The position numbers were made by a program, and so were the translations under genes. Of a stretch of DNA of 64,000 nucleotides, positions 37,301 through 45,518 are shown one piece after another. The DNA lies in the IMG/VR virus record IMGVR_UViG_3300042731_011014, positions 113,891 through 177,890 of that record; one strand, 5' to 3'. How positions within the stretch are numbered: position 1 is the first letter of the stretch; every line of letters begins with the position of its first letter. This stretch comes from a virus. Under the pieces are notes generated by a model. That model saw nothing but the letters and a program-made list of their open reading frames with translations. It had not been told where the DNA came from and searched no databases.

Positions 37301-40085
37301 TAAAGAATGACAACAAATAACTGTCTCCACTATTTATTTCTTTACCATTTATTATAGATTTTTTATCTCTCGGCTTACGCGGTCTAATGTTCCCAGATAT
37401 CCATCCTAATCCATCTATAACTGTTTTAATATCAGCTAAAAGATTTTTATTGCAAAGCTCAGTGTGATTATATTCTCCTTTTTTGGTTATCCACCCGTCG
37501 GCCTCCATAAATCCATCTATCATCGCTGTTCTGATACTTTTTGGAGCATTATAAACCCAATATGGCACTCTTTTGTTTCTTGCCCTATTAATCCACCCTA
37601 TTTTAATCATTAGATCAGATAATCTTTTTGAACTGACATTAATCGTCCTGCTTATTCCATCATCTCCTCTGCTGACTTCTCTGACATTTAAACCAATACT
37701 TCTTAAGTAATTTTCATAAAATATATTTCTTTCTTCATATACTCCAAGGTGTATAATTATACACCCGTTTTCAATTGCACCATTACCAAGCATATACCCC
37801 CAAAACTTGGCAAATCTATGATCTATAAAATCTGGCAAAATCAATGAATCATATTTTTTCTGCTCAATAGAGTCATAAGTAAATGGTACTCTAATGGAAC
37901 TAAACAATTTTTTTGCACTATCAAATGACAAAGAACTTTTACCATCTAATAATTCATCAAGCTTTCCTTTAGTTATCCCAATATCTTCGGCAAATCTTTT
38001 CAATCCATCAAATTTACTGGAATATTTACTTATTTTTGCACAAGTTTTAAGCGAGTTAATTCCACGTTTACTTAAAACAAATTCAGATTTAGAATTAAAC
38101 TCATCTAATAAAAGGCCAAGTGGAATATTATTCTTTGTTTCTGGGCAATTACTAACGCACATTATTTTATCATTAGGAGACAAATCTTTAACCTGAACCC
38201 ACGTATTTCTCCCTGGCTTTTTATCAACTAAAACAGGATGTTCGCCAGTTAATATTATTTCTCTATGTGCTGTTTTTAACTTAAAGGTTTGCTTTTCCCC
38301 ACTACAAACATGATTCAGTACTTTAGTTTGTCTAAGTAACCCTGCGTGTCTAGTAAAAACACTATCGCCTGGTTTAATATCCTTAATGAACTTCACACCA
38401 TCTGGGGTCCAAACCCTTGATTCACCTGATAAACAATACCCGTACTTACTCTTTCTCATTTTTGATCTAAGACGGAAATGAGCAATCTTCCATGGCTCAT
38501 ATAAAATGGTATTACCATCCTGGGATGCCATTGCACCGTTTGGCATTTCAATGCCAAAAACAGATTTATCAATTTTAAAGTCACCTGAATAAGATTGTGC
38601 AAACCCCAATATTGCACCGGTCCCAGTTTCAAACCTCCTAATCGTAGCTGATGGAAGGAAATTTAATCCCTGAACACCATCATCGTTAACCAGTATCTCT
38701 TCATAATCACTGCCATATTTGCAAACTGTTCTAGATATCTCCCAAATATTGTCTTCAGCTCTTATTTTGTTGTCATACATATCGGTAAGATCTGTTTGAA
38801 CATTATCATCCTCGCATTCAACCCACATAGATCGGTTTTTTTCACCATCAGTTTGTGTTGAATCGTCTGCATATATATCGAGAGCCGAATTGTGAACAAC
38901 TACTCCATTGCAAACAAAATTATGATATTTTGGGACTTCAATATCATACACATCGTAAGATTCGCTAATTCTTATAACATTAACCACTCGATGATTTCCA
39001 ACATCAGAGATGAGATCGAATTCTTCTAGCCTGCGTTTCAGTACGCCAAAAGATACGCCTAGCTTTTTTGCTGCCTCAGTTATACTACTTGATGACATAT
39101 AAGCAGCTTCAACCTCTTCCCTGCTAAGCTTTATTTTATGCCCTTCAGCTATCTTGCGCTTGTGCTCTTCTGATAGTTTTTTGTCTGTTAACGGCACTCT
39201 CTGCTTTTTATCTGTTTTCCTTTGATTTGGATGTTTTGTTCCAAGCATTTTTCTAGAGCGCTCTTTGCGCAATTCATCTGTCCATTCTGGAAAATACTTA
39301 GTTGTATCGTGACTTTCGAAATTATGCTTTCTGGCATGAGAATTATGGGTTTCTAGACTAAGGTTGTCCAAACTATTATTTAAAGGGTTGTTGTCTTTGT
39401 GGTGGACAACCTCCCCTTTTTTTCTTTCCAAAAGCTCATTAGCGACCAATTTATGAATCCAAGTCCACCTTTTCCCGTCACTTTCTCTTATTGATTCTGG
39501 TGATGGTTGGTGGACTTGCCAATATTCGTTTTTACTCTTAGGAGTTAATTTTCTAGTTCTAAGTGCCCCTGGCATTAATCGTGTACCAGGTTTTAGTTCG
39601 CCAGCTTTTTTCCAAACATTAATTTTGGTTAAAAACAAATGATCATCAGTACATGTAATGCTTTCGCCATTATCAAATAAAACTTTGACCATTTGTTTTG
39701 GATGACCTGCCTTGCCTGTTATACGTGCATTTTTTGCTTTTGCAGGTAATAGAGATCTTCTTAACCTGTTATAAGAAAGAACATGAAACTCTCCTCCTCT
39801 CTCTGCAAGTTTTTTAACTTCAATCCAACCATCTTCTATTGTAAAAATCTTACAACATCCCGTAATACAAGAAAGATCTGGGTAGTCATCCATATTTTCA
39901 TAATCGACATAGCGACTCATAAGATCATGATCTAATTGCAAATAATCGGCTACTGAGTCAAATCCGAACTGCATAAACAGGTTGAAATCTTTTTCGCCAG
40001 CCTGAGGAAGATCGGACCGAGAAACCTCATTTTCTCTTTTGAAAATATTTCTTACATATCCAGCAATTTTATCACTTATTGACAT
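34365..40085 (-). CDS. Portal protein (T4 gp20-like) containing four inteins; spliced product about 563 aa
   Basis: Exteins join to YPDLS-SALDIYADD, YGY-SVLEPARWIWKRL.LLEDAMLVYR..RAP.R..FYVD.G, YNPL-SQDEDFWIP.R, TL-SQEDVRFAR. Confidence 0.95.
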   Translation of the reverse strand: MSISDKIAGYVRNIFKRENEVSRSDLPQAGEKDFNLFMQFGFDSVADYLQLDHDLMSRYVDYENMDDYPDLSCITGCCKIFTIEDGWIEVKKLAERGGEFHVLSYNRLRRSLLPAKAKNARITGKAGHPKQMVKVLFDNGESITCTDDHLFLTKINVWKKAGELKPGTRLMPGALRTRKLTPKSKNEYWQVHQPSPESIRESDGKRWTWIHKLVANELLERKKGEVVHHKDNNPLNNSLDNLSLETHNSHARKHNFESHDTTKYFPEWTDELRKERSRKMLGTKHPNQRKTDKKQRVPLTDKKLSEEHKRKIAEGHKIKLSREEVEAAYMSSSSITEAAKKLGVSFGVLKRRLEEFDLISDVGNHRVVNVIRISESYDVYDIEVPKYHNFVCNGVVVHNSALDIYADDSTQTDGEKNRSMWVECEDDNVQTDLTDMYDNKIRAEDNIWEISRTVCKYGSDYEEILVNDDGVQGLNFLPSATIRRFETGTGAILGFAQSYSGDFKIDKSVFGIEMPNGAMASQDGNTILYEPWKIAHFRLRSKMRKSKYGYCLSGESRVWTPDGVKFIKDIKPGDSVFTRHAGLLRQTKVLNHVCSGEKQTFKLKTAHREIILTGEHPVLVDKKPGRNTWVQVKDLSPNDKIMCVSNCPETKNNIPLGLLLDEFNSKSEFVLSKRGINSLKTCAKISKYSSKFDGLKRFAEDIGITKGKLDELLDGKSSLSFDSAKKLFSSIRVPFTYDSIEQKKYDSLILPDFIDHRFAKFWGYMLGNGAIENGCIIIHLGVYEERNIFYENYLRSIGLNVREVSRGDDGISRTINVSSKRLSDLMIKIGWINRARNKRVPYWVYNAPKSIRTAMIDGFMEADGWITKKGEYNHTELCNKNLLADIKTVIDGLGWISGNIRPRKPRDKKSIINGKEINSGDSYLLSFFRENISDNDFFSEKIVSKEPSIIEKVYDIEVADDGHCFVSDGIVVHNSVLEPARWIWKRLVLLEDAMLVYRLTRAPTRFAFYVDTGDMDADEATAHVRQMRNEFKKRKFVNSDGTLNMKYNPLCLTGDTKIALLDGRDIPIVNLVGEFNRGKENWVYSVDRSDSGKIVPGKIVWAGKTRKMAQLVEVTLDNGETIRTTPDHKFIKRDGKYCEARYLKSGDSLMPYKTLISSKDKGYSIDGYEMVYDPKTKKYIYTHRMVRDELKQNGVTHHENFIKTDNSPDNLSFMKKSEHSIIHRDNGHNIGHIMSQIRLSDPVLDKKLKKVSSANISAWNKIEKYIIAYNNSCKHEQDNVKRSENKKKFWENEENRVAFSEKRKIKFSDDFFVGVQSYVANNLNVSAEDVVNYVNNSRLIDLFKQENLSKKVHRHLMLKMYREKGFDNFKSFKKWASSNNHKVVSVKYIEQCEDTYTLTVEKYHNFALTAGIFIKNSQDEDFWIPTRSGKDSTRIDMLQGSMYQGIDDVDYFRMKLYAAIKVPRAYLGYEETISRATLCLAGNTMIPLLDGTSETIENLSKRSKPFWVYSCNDDGHIVPGLAKNARLTKKKTRTVEVVLDNGEILTCTPDHPIMMRDGSYREAIDLKPEDSLMPLYRRNASGIGRAQKLKDYEQVYSPGADANIEHLIEVAKSYRCKSKKELIKWSGYSECLLNRIFSENGIKYADFAHEYMLKYMSRSTATAIKKGRNHKVVEVREGPVIDTYDMTVDGYHNFATECGVFVHNSQEDVRFARTILRVQRVLKTGFHQIGRVHLAAKGLDPSSVNFNVMMTVPSAVFEMAQMEVRNQRAQLADSMQQWVSQRWIMENIFGMTNSEIEDILDHRVEDAIRMASIEGRQDKIRSKISMSGQLPAEKPAENVPQEDLQVVKKQLRRRFERRLTSGRDKNVSKDQVLNIINSNKELNKGVRELRILMREIKEAISYKKVA
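34974..35651 (-). mobile_element. Portal intein 4 (226 aa, endonuclease largely deleted)
   Basis: CLAGNTMI, CTPDHPIM, no HNH or LAGLIDADG core, ends TYDMTVDGYHNFATECGVFVHN|S. Confidence 0.93.
35838..36935 (-). mobile_element. Portal intein 3 (366 aa, HNH-type; ends Lys-Asn)
   Basis: CLTGDTKI, TTPDHKF, YTHRMV...THHENFIKTDNSPDNL, ends TYTLTVEKYHNFALTAGIFIKN|S. Confidence 0.93.
37164..38435 (-). mobile_element. Portal intein 2 (424 aa, LAGLIDADG homing endonuclease)
   Basis: CLSGESRV, LTGEHPVL, FWGYMLGNG and MIDGFMEADG motifs, ends VYDIEV...HCFVSDGIVVHN|S. Confidence 0.95.
38889..39869 (-). mobile_element. Portal intein 1 (327 aa, HNH-type homing endonuclease)
   Basis: Starts C (CITG), block B CTDDHLF, WIHKLV...VVHHKDNNPLNNSLDNL, ends VYDIEVPKYHNFVCNGVVVHN|S. 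Confidence 0.93.
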
Positions 40086-40088
40086 ATC

Positions 40089-42122
40089 TTACCCCATTAT
40101 GATCGAAGGCATTATTTTCTTAGGTTTGCCCGGTTTCCCTTTTGGTTTCAAATTCTTATTTCTAACAACCCAATCGTATTCTCTCATACTTCCACTGATT
40201 GGCTCAATGCTTTTCATTATTGGCAAAGGCATTCTCATTGGCACTGTAGTTAACCCATAGCATACACCGCACACCGCATCAGATATATCCTTACTGCCTT
40301 TATCAAGGTGATCGATTTTTCCGGTCGTTTCATCATCAACCAGTCCTTTTAGTTCCTGAATCAATGGAGCATACCTGTAATAAACAATCCTATTTTCATA
40401 CAACGCCTCTTTTAGTATTTTATACGGATCTTTTGACCTATCAACACTAACTATTTCAGCCTTGTATCCTTTCTTGACTAATTTCTGCTTTGATTCTATC
40501 GATTGAAACGAGTCCATTGATACATATCGGATTGGGTAACCCATCTCTGTTAAAATGTAAACTAGCTGCCTACCGGTTCCCAAATCAATCTCATCATCTT
40601 GGGGCGGAATAATTCTTATAGCAAAATCAATAACAATAACAGGAGCTTTCTCTGATGTCATTTTACCCGTTGATTTATCGCGTCTACTTACATTAACCAT
40701 GCCAGATACATGGCCCATAGCAAAACCAGTGGCATCTCCAGTAAGTGATGGATCGATATGGACAAATCTTGGTGACTTCGGCGATATGATAGGTCTAATT
40801 TTTCCATTACTATCTGGTGCCACCATAAGCCTTCTATTAAAAGCAATAGGTAAATTTGGGTTCCATTCGATAACATCAGTCGGATGAGCCATATTATCGT
40901 TGATTGCTTCAAATATCTTTTCCCTACGAACAATAAATGGCCTAACTGCCATGGTGGCAATTCCGGCCATATCGCGCAAAGCATCATCAATGTCTTTTTC
41001 GAAATCAAAACGGAAGTCCTCAGGTACCTCTATAATAGTGCACCCTTCGTCTTCCATTTCCTTAGTCATTTCAAAATCTTCGTCTTGATCTAGTACTCTT
41101 GATCTTTGCGCATCAACGCCAACAAATACCTGAAATCTATTTTTTGAAAACCGTTCGGGCGGCTGAACGTCCCAAATTGCATAATCGCGAACAAATAAAG
41201 TTGGATCATCCCTGGACTCAAGAATCCTTTTTTGGGTAAAATCATGCTCAGTTTGTTTTGACGAAGGAAGTAAAAGAATACCGGGTAACCTACCGGTCCG
41301 ACCGAACCTTGATCTCATTCTTCTGATAACGGAGTTGTAAACCAAACTAGCGTCGTCAATAATTCCATACTTTGCATGGGCAGCCTTTTCTTGCTTAGTT
41401 CGGCGTCCACCTTTAAAGTTTGACTCATCGATCACACCACCAAAAATATTTAATCCAAGGGACCCTGTCCTTGCACTGGACAGTGGTGCAAGCCAAACGT
41501 TTTTAGGGAACCTAATTTCACTGCTAGTTATTTTAGGATCAAAATGCTCTTTAAAATATGGCGAACAAACAAGCATTGCAACAACACCTGTGAATACAAC
41601 TTTTTTAGCCATCTTCTCAGTAACATGATAATTAACAATAGCTATCTGCTGATTCTCGGATTGGCCGTAGCTTTTTTGAGGATTCCTAAGGCATGATATC
41701 TCATAAAGCATTCGGCATATTGCAAGGTTGGAGAAAAAAGTTTTCCCCCACCCTATTGCACCGGTAAGTATTGCTTCGTGATATGGGCCACTAAACATCT
41801 CGATAAAATCTTTCTCAAGCTGAGGCCATAATTGGTTGCCTGTATCACCCATGTAGTAGGGATCGTGAAGCCAGGTCTCAACATCAACTACCTCCCTTTC
41901 ATATTCAGCCTCCCGGTATATATCGACTATTTTGAATTCTTCTTTCCTCCCGTACTCGTCGATATATAACTTACTATCATCCGTTGCCAGCTCCTTTAAC
42001 ACTTCCCTTAAGACTTCTATCTCATTTTTAGATAATCCAGCTATTGCCTTCGTTATCTCTTCGACACGTTCCCTGTCCGTCCTCTCGCTTTTGAACCTTC
42101 CATTATTTACAACAACAGCCAT
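40089..42122 (-). CDS. terL: Terminase large subunit
   Basis: Walker A AILTGAIGWGKT, Walker B GGVIDE, nuclease VHIDPSLTGDATG and KIDH...GSKDISDAV. No intein. Confidence 0.95.
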   Translation of the reverse strand: MAVVVNNGRFKSERTDRERVEEITKAIAGLSKNEIEVLREVLKELATDDSKLYIDEYGRKEEFKIVDIYREAEYEREVVDVETWLHDPYYMGDTGNQLWPQLEKDFIEMFSGPYHEAILTGAIGWGKTFFSNLAICRMLYEISCLRNPQKSYGQSENQQIAIVNYHVTEKMAKKVVFTGVVAMLVCSPYFKEHFDPKITSSEIRFPKNVWLAPLSSARTGSLGLNIFGGVIDESNFKGGRRTKQEKAAHAKYGIIDDASLVYNSVIRRMRSRFGRTGRLPGILLLPSSKQTEHDFTQKRILESRDDPTLFVRDYAIWDVQPPERFSKNRFQVFVGVDAQRSRVLDQDEDFEMTKEMEDEGCTIIEVPEDFRFDFEKDIDDALRDMAGIATMAVRPFIVRREKIFEAINDNMAHPTDVIEWNPNLPIAFNRRLMVAPDSNGKIRPIISPKSPRFVHIDPSLTGDATGFAMGHVSGMVNVSRRDKSTGKMTSEKAPVIVIDFAIRIIPPQDDEIDLGTGRQLVYILTEMGYPIRYVSMDSFQSIESKQKLVKKGYKAEIVSVDRSKDPYKILKEALYENRIVYYRYAPLIQELKGLVDDETTGKIDHLDKGSKDISDAVCGVCYGLTTVPMRMPLPIMKSIEPISGSMREYDWVVRNKNLKPKGKPGKPKKIMPSIIMG

Positions 42123-42135
42123 TTATTCACCGTTT

Positions 42136-42852
42136 CTAATTATCATTTATCCATATACGCTCTATACTTTTTTTGAACTTATTACCACTACCGTGATTGA
42201 TGTATATATTTTTGAAGTCAAGCCAATCTACCCCAGGCCCCTCGCAAACAATAACTTGTCCACTTCTCGTTTTACACCATTCAGCTAGTCTTTTATAATC
42301 CATATTGGTTAAATTGCAAATATAATACTTATTATTAATATAGGGAGGATATATAAACCAAGTAACTTTCATTGGAGGTTCAACTACAGAATAATCATTA
42401 CAATAAACCTCCCAGTGGTTTATTTTATTAACTTGATTTGCAATCTTTTTTCTAGTCAATTCTGACCAAAAGCCGCATACATTAGCATTTGATTCAGCAA
42501 TTGCGGATTTTACAAGTGATTTTTTAGGCTTTATGCAGTTTTTGTTTAACCAAAAACCAATAAAATCTTTTTCAGCATCAGATAATGTTTTTATGTTATC
42601 TATCTTCTCTCCTCTATTTAATAGAGGCAAACTAAGTATATCGTTTTTGTTTGCCTCTATTAAATATTTCCATACTCTATATACTCTAAAATATTTTTCA
42701 ATAAGTACTATTTTCTTATCGTAATATAAGGTAGAGTAACCCGCAGATCCGGCAAATGGTTCAACTATCATATCATACTTAGGTTCAGGATATTTTCCTG
42801 CCTTACACCATTTGGAACCAAAATAAGAAAAAAAAGGAGCTAACCTACTCAT
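42136..42852 (-). CDS. Short Dam-like DNA methyltransferase, copy B (motif IV reads YPPY)
   Basis: Probable start MSRLAPFFSYFGSK at 42852 (track start 43020 overlaps the upstream gene); IVEPFAGSAGYS; WFIYPPY (codon TAT where GAT is expected). Confidence 0.8.
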   Translation of the reverse strand: MSRLAPFFSYFGSKWCKAGKYPEPKYDMIVEPFAGSAGYSTLYYDKKIVLIEKYFRVYRVWKYLIEANKNDILSLPLLNRGEKIDNIKTLSDAEKDFIGFWLNKNCIKPKKSLVKSAIAESNANVCGFWSELTRKKIANQVNKINHWEVYCNDYSVVEPPMKVTWFIYPPYINNKYYICNLTNMDYKRLAEWCKTRSGQVIVCEGPGVDWLDFKNIYINHGSGNKFKKSIERIWINDN

Positions 42853-43555
42853 TAATCCAAACCAATTCCTTTGTTCTACATCTACTTCCTTCCGTATTAC
42901 ATAAATAAGTAAAAGGAAGCCAGTCAGCAGATTCGTTCTCGCAAACAATAACTTGACCCTCTCTTGTTTTGCACCACTCAGCAAGTTTTTTATAATCTGA
43001 ATCCAATAAAGGACAGACATAACAGTAACCCATTTTTTTATATGGTGGATCTATCAACCAGGTGGCTTTAAATGGCGGATCAGCTATTGAATAGTCGCCT
43101 AAATAAACTTTCCAATGATCTGTCTTATAGATATTTTTAGCTAACCTTTTTCTTGTTAGCTCACTCCATGATCCACACTGTCCCTTATTATTTGTCTCTA
43201 TTGCACGAGGTGATAGATAATTTTTTGGTTTTTCAGTTCCCCTATTAATCCAAAATCCTATAAGATCTCTTTCTTCATCTGATAGGTACTCAATATCTCT
43301 TATATTTTGATCTCTTTCCACTAAAGGAAGGTTTAAAATATCCTTTTCTGTTGCTGAAATAAGATACTTCCACAATCTAGCTATGCGGAAATATTTATCA
43401 ATTAGAATAATATTTTTTTCCCAATGTAACGTTGAGTAACCTGCCGCTCCGGCCAACGGTTCAATTATTACATCATGTTTTGGAGGTGGGTATTTGCTAG
43501 ATATCGTATTCTTGCTTCCAAAATAGGAAAAAAAGGGGGGCGTCTTGTCGCTCAT
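42845..43555 (-). CDS. Short Dam-like DNA methyltransferase, copy A
   Basis: FFSYFGSK, IIEPLAGAAGYS, WLIDPPY, GQVIVCEN. Confidence 0.85.
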   Translation of the reverse strand: MSDKTPPFFSYFGSKNTISSKYPPPKHDVIIEPLAGAAGYSTLHWEKNIILIDKYFRIARLWKYLISATEKDILNLPLVERDQNIRDIEYLSDEERDLIGFWINRGTEKPKNYLSPRAIETNNKGQCGSWSELTRKRLAKNIYKTDHWKVYLGDYSIADPPFKATWLIDPPYKKMGYCYVCPLLDSDYKKLAEWCKTREGQVIVCENESADWLPFTYLCNTEGSRCRTKELVWINE

Positions 43556-44319
43556 TTGCTGCCATTGCCTTTACCATTTCCGCTTCCATTATCTCCTTTT
43601 GATATTAACTGATCTTGCAGATCAGGTCTTAATGATGCAATATTGTTAGCTATCTCGAGAACCTTTTTCCTTGACTCTGGCATTTTTAAAATCCTTCGTG
43701 CAGCCCTACTACTCATACTTCCATCTAACATAGCCATAGTCTTTGTATCAACATCAATTATTTTACTACTACCATCCCGGATACCTAATGCAACCTGGTA
43801 TTCTGCAATAGTTTTTAAAATAGTCAAACATTGATCTATTTCACGGACGGTTGTGGGGAACAGCATTCCAAGTTTTTCTTCATGTTCGCTAACTATTCCG
43901 ACCCTTTTCTTTTGTAGCCGATATATTTCTGACATTTCATTTAAAACACTTATTCCCTCTTCAAATTCTCGCATTTTTTCCAGATACCTCCTAGGGAACA
44001 TATGCTCCGCTACTTCTGCTGGTGGCAGGTTACTGCGATATTTTTTTAAGGCCTTCTCAATTTGATTTGCAGTCAGATCGCGGAATATGCACAAGTTATT
44101 ATGAATATAATCTGCAATAAAAACAATACTATATCCGTCTTTAACCATGCGCGAAATCTCGTCAAAGTCCCTTGACTCACGCATTCTTTTGAGGACCCTA
44201 TCTCTTTTCTTTTTCTCAGGATCGGTAAGTGTTTTTTGAAACCCAGATAGATCGCTTGGTACGCTACGCAGCTCTACCCTTTTCAGATCTTTGTTATCTA
44301 ATTTTTCTGCCGCATCCAT
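43552..44319 (-). CDS. Putative terminase small subunit
   Basis: Helical N-terminal HTH-like part plus coiled coil, upstream of terL. Positional inference. Confidence 0.5.
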   Translation of the reverse strand: MDAAEKLDNKDLKRVELRSVPSDLSGFQKTLTDPEKKKRDRVLKRMRESRDFDEISRMVKDGYSIVFIADYIHNNLCIFRDLTANQIEKALKKYRSNLPPAEVAEHMFPRRYLEKMREFEEGISVLNEMSEIYRLQKKRVGIVSEHEEKLGMLFPTTVREIDQCLTILKTIAEYQVALGIRDGSSKIIDVDTKTMAMLDGSMSSRAARRILKMPESRKKVLEIANNIASLRPDLQDQLISKGDNGSGNGKGNGSK

Positions 44320-44360
44320 TTGTCACCTGTGACGTGGATATAGTATTCCTCACTATATCC

Positions 44361-44389
44361 AAAATACACTGTAAACATAAAAATGTCAA
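44361..44389 (-). promoter_or_regulatory. Sigma70-type promoter for the packaging/head operon
   Basis: TTGACA-17 bp-TATTTT, followed immediately by hairpin GGATATAGT-N7-ACTATATCC (44336-44360). Confidence 0.55.
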
Positions 44390-44437
44390 TTAGATCGGTT
44401 GGAAGCGGATTTTGTAACAAATTAAGACAAGGGCAGG

Positions 44438-44800
44438 TTACTTAACTTTACCGTCGATAACGTCTAATGTTTTTTCCATTGTTTTGACATCAAACGAGCT
44501 TGCATCATTGCCATCTATTATGTCATACATTCTCTGGGCTCTAAGATAACGGACTAACCCGTCAGTTTCGGCGAGATCATCTTGGGATAATTGATCAACT
44601 TTAATACCAGATTTTCTGGCATTTTTAATCATCCTAGCAAATGCAGGGAGGCTCATCAATTGATCTATTTCCAAGTCGGCTATCCCAAATAATTTTTGGG
44701 CTCTGTGACTTACATATGCTGTTGAGCTATCATCGGTAAACAGTTTTTTATATTGTTTATCAACGAATTTTTTTAATTCTTTCTGTATTTCTTTTTTCAT
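44438..44800 (-). CDS. Hypothetical protein
   Basis: Co-oriented ORF. Confidence 0.55.
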   Translation of the reverse strand: MKKEIQKELKKFVDKQYKKLFTDDSSTAYVSHRAQKLFGIADLEIDQLMSLPAFARMIKNARKSGIKVDQLSQDDLAETDGLVRYLRAQRMYDIIDGNDASSFDVKTMEKTLDVIDGKVK

Positions 44801-44803
44801 GGC

Positions 44804-45160
44804 TTAATAGACGACTTTTGCTTCTTTTTCTCTGTAAGCCTTCTCTTGTACTTCCTGAAATCTCTTGATCCAGTTACCAATAGCATTCACCGCATTGGCA
44901 AGTTTTTTATTATCGCTGGCACTCATCATGTCTAACTTATCTTTCATTGAATGCATAATATTATCAGTTCCACCACCACTCCAGTAACCTAGGTGTTTAA
45001 AAACGGAATCAATAGCTAATGCAATGTCGCCGTTACCATACCCACTTTCAAGTTCATAAATTTTACTTTCATTAATCTCATTGTTTTCCGGGCTATCACC
45101 GATCTCTTCTTTGTTCTTTTTTCTGTCTATAATTTCGTTAATCTCATCAATAAGATTCAT
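44804..45160 (-). CDS. Hypothetical protein
   Basis: Co-oriented ORF with GGAGG RBS. Confidence 0.55.
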   Translation of the reverse strand: MNLIDEINEIIDRKKNKEEIGDSPENNEINESKIYELESGYGNGDIALAIDSVFKHLGYWSGGGTDNIMHSMKDKLDMMSASDNKKLANAVNAIGNWIKRFQEVQEKAYREKEAKVVY

Positions 45161-45170
45161 TGAACGCCTC

Positions 45171-45419
45171 CTATGGGATAAGATTTGCTAATCTAATTTC
45201 TTCCTTGGTTTGAGGGGCCATCTCTCTTTTTGGCCTTTTCCTTATAATCTCTCTTACCTTATCTTGCAATTCAATTGGTAAAATATCAAGTCTAACATAG
45301 TCAGCAACATTTTCATCTTCCCTGATTTTTTCCCATACATGAATAATGTCAGGAGCTTGCTCATTTCTCATAGTTACTATCAGACCATATAGTGAATCTA
45401 TTTCACGCTCAATACTCAT
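45171..45419 (-). CDS. Hypothetical protein
   Basis: Co-oriented ORF. Confidence 0.5.
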   Translation of the reverse strand: MSIEREIDSLYGLIVTMRNEQAPDIIHVWEKIREDENVADYVRLDILPIELQDKVREIIRKRPKREMAPQTKEEIRLANLIP

Positions 45420-45444
45420 TTTCTTTATTTTCTTTCTGTTTTCT

Positions 45445-45473
45445 TTTATAATTCAGTTCAAATAGCCTGTCAA
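45445..45473 (-). promoter_or_regulatory. Sigma70-type promoter
   Basis: TTGACA-17 bp-TATAAA. Confidence 0.6.
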
Positions 45474-45518
45474 TAATCTGTTCTTTAAACTCATCATTTA
45501 AATACTTTAAGCAATCTA

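Noticed and set aside
42853-43020. N-terminal 56 aa of the track ORF 42136-43020
   Set aside because: Overlaps the upstream methyltransferase in another frame; paralogue alignment begins at Met 42852.
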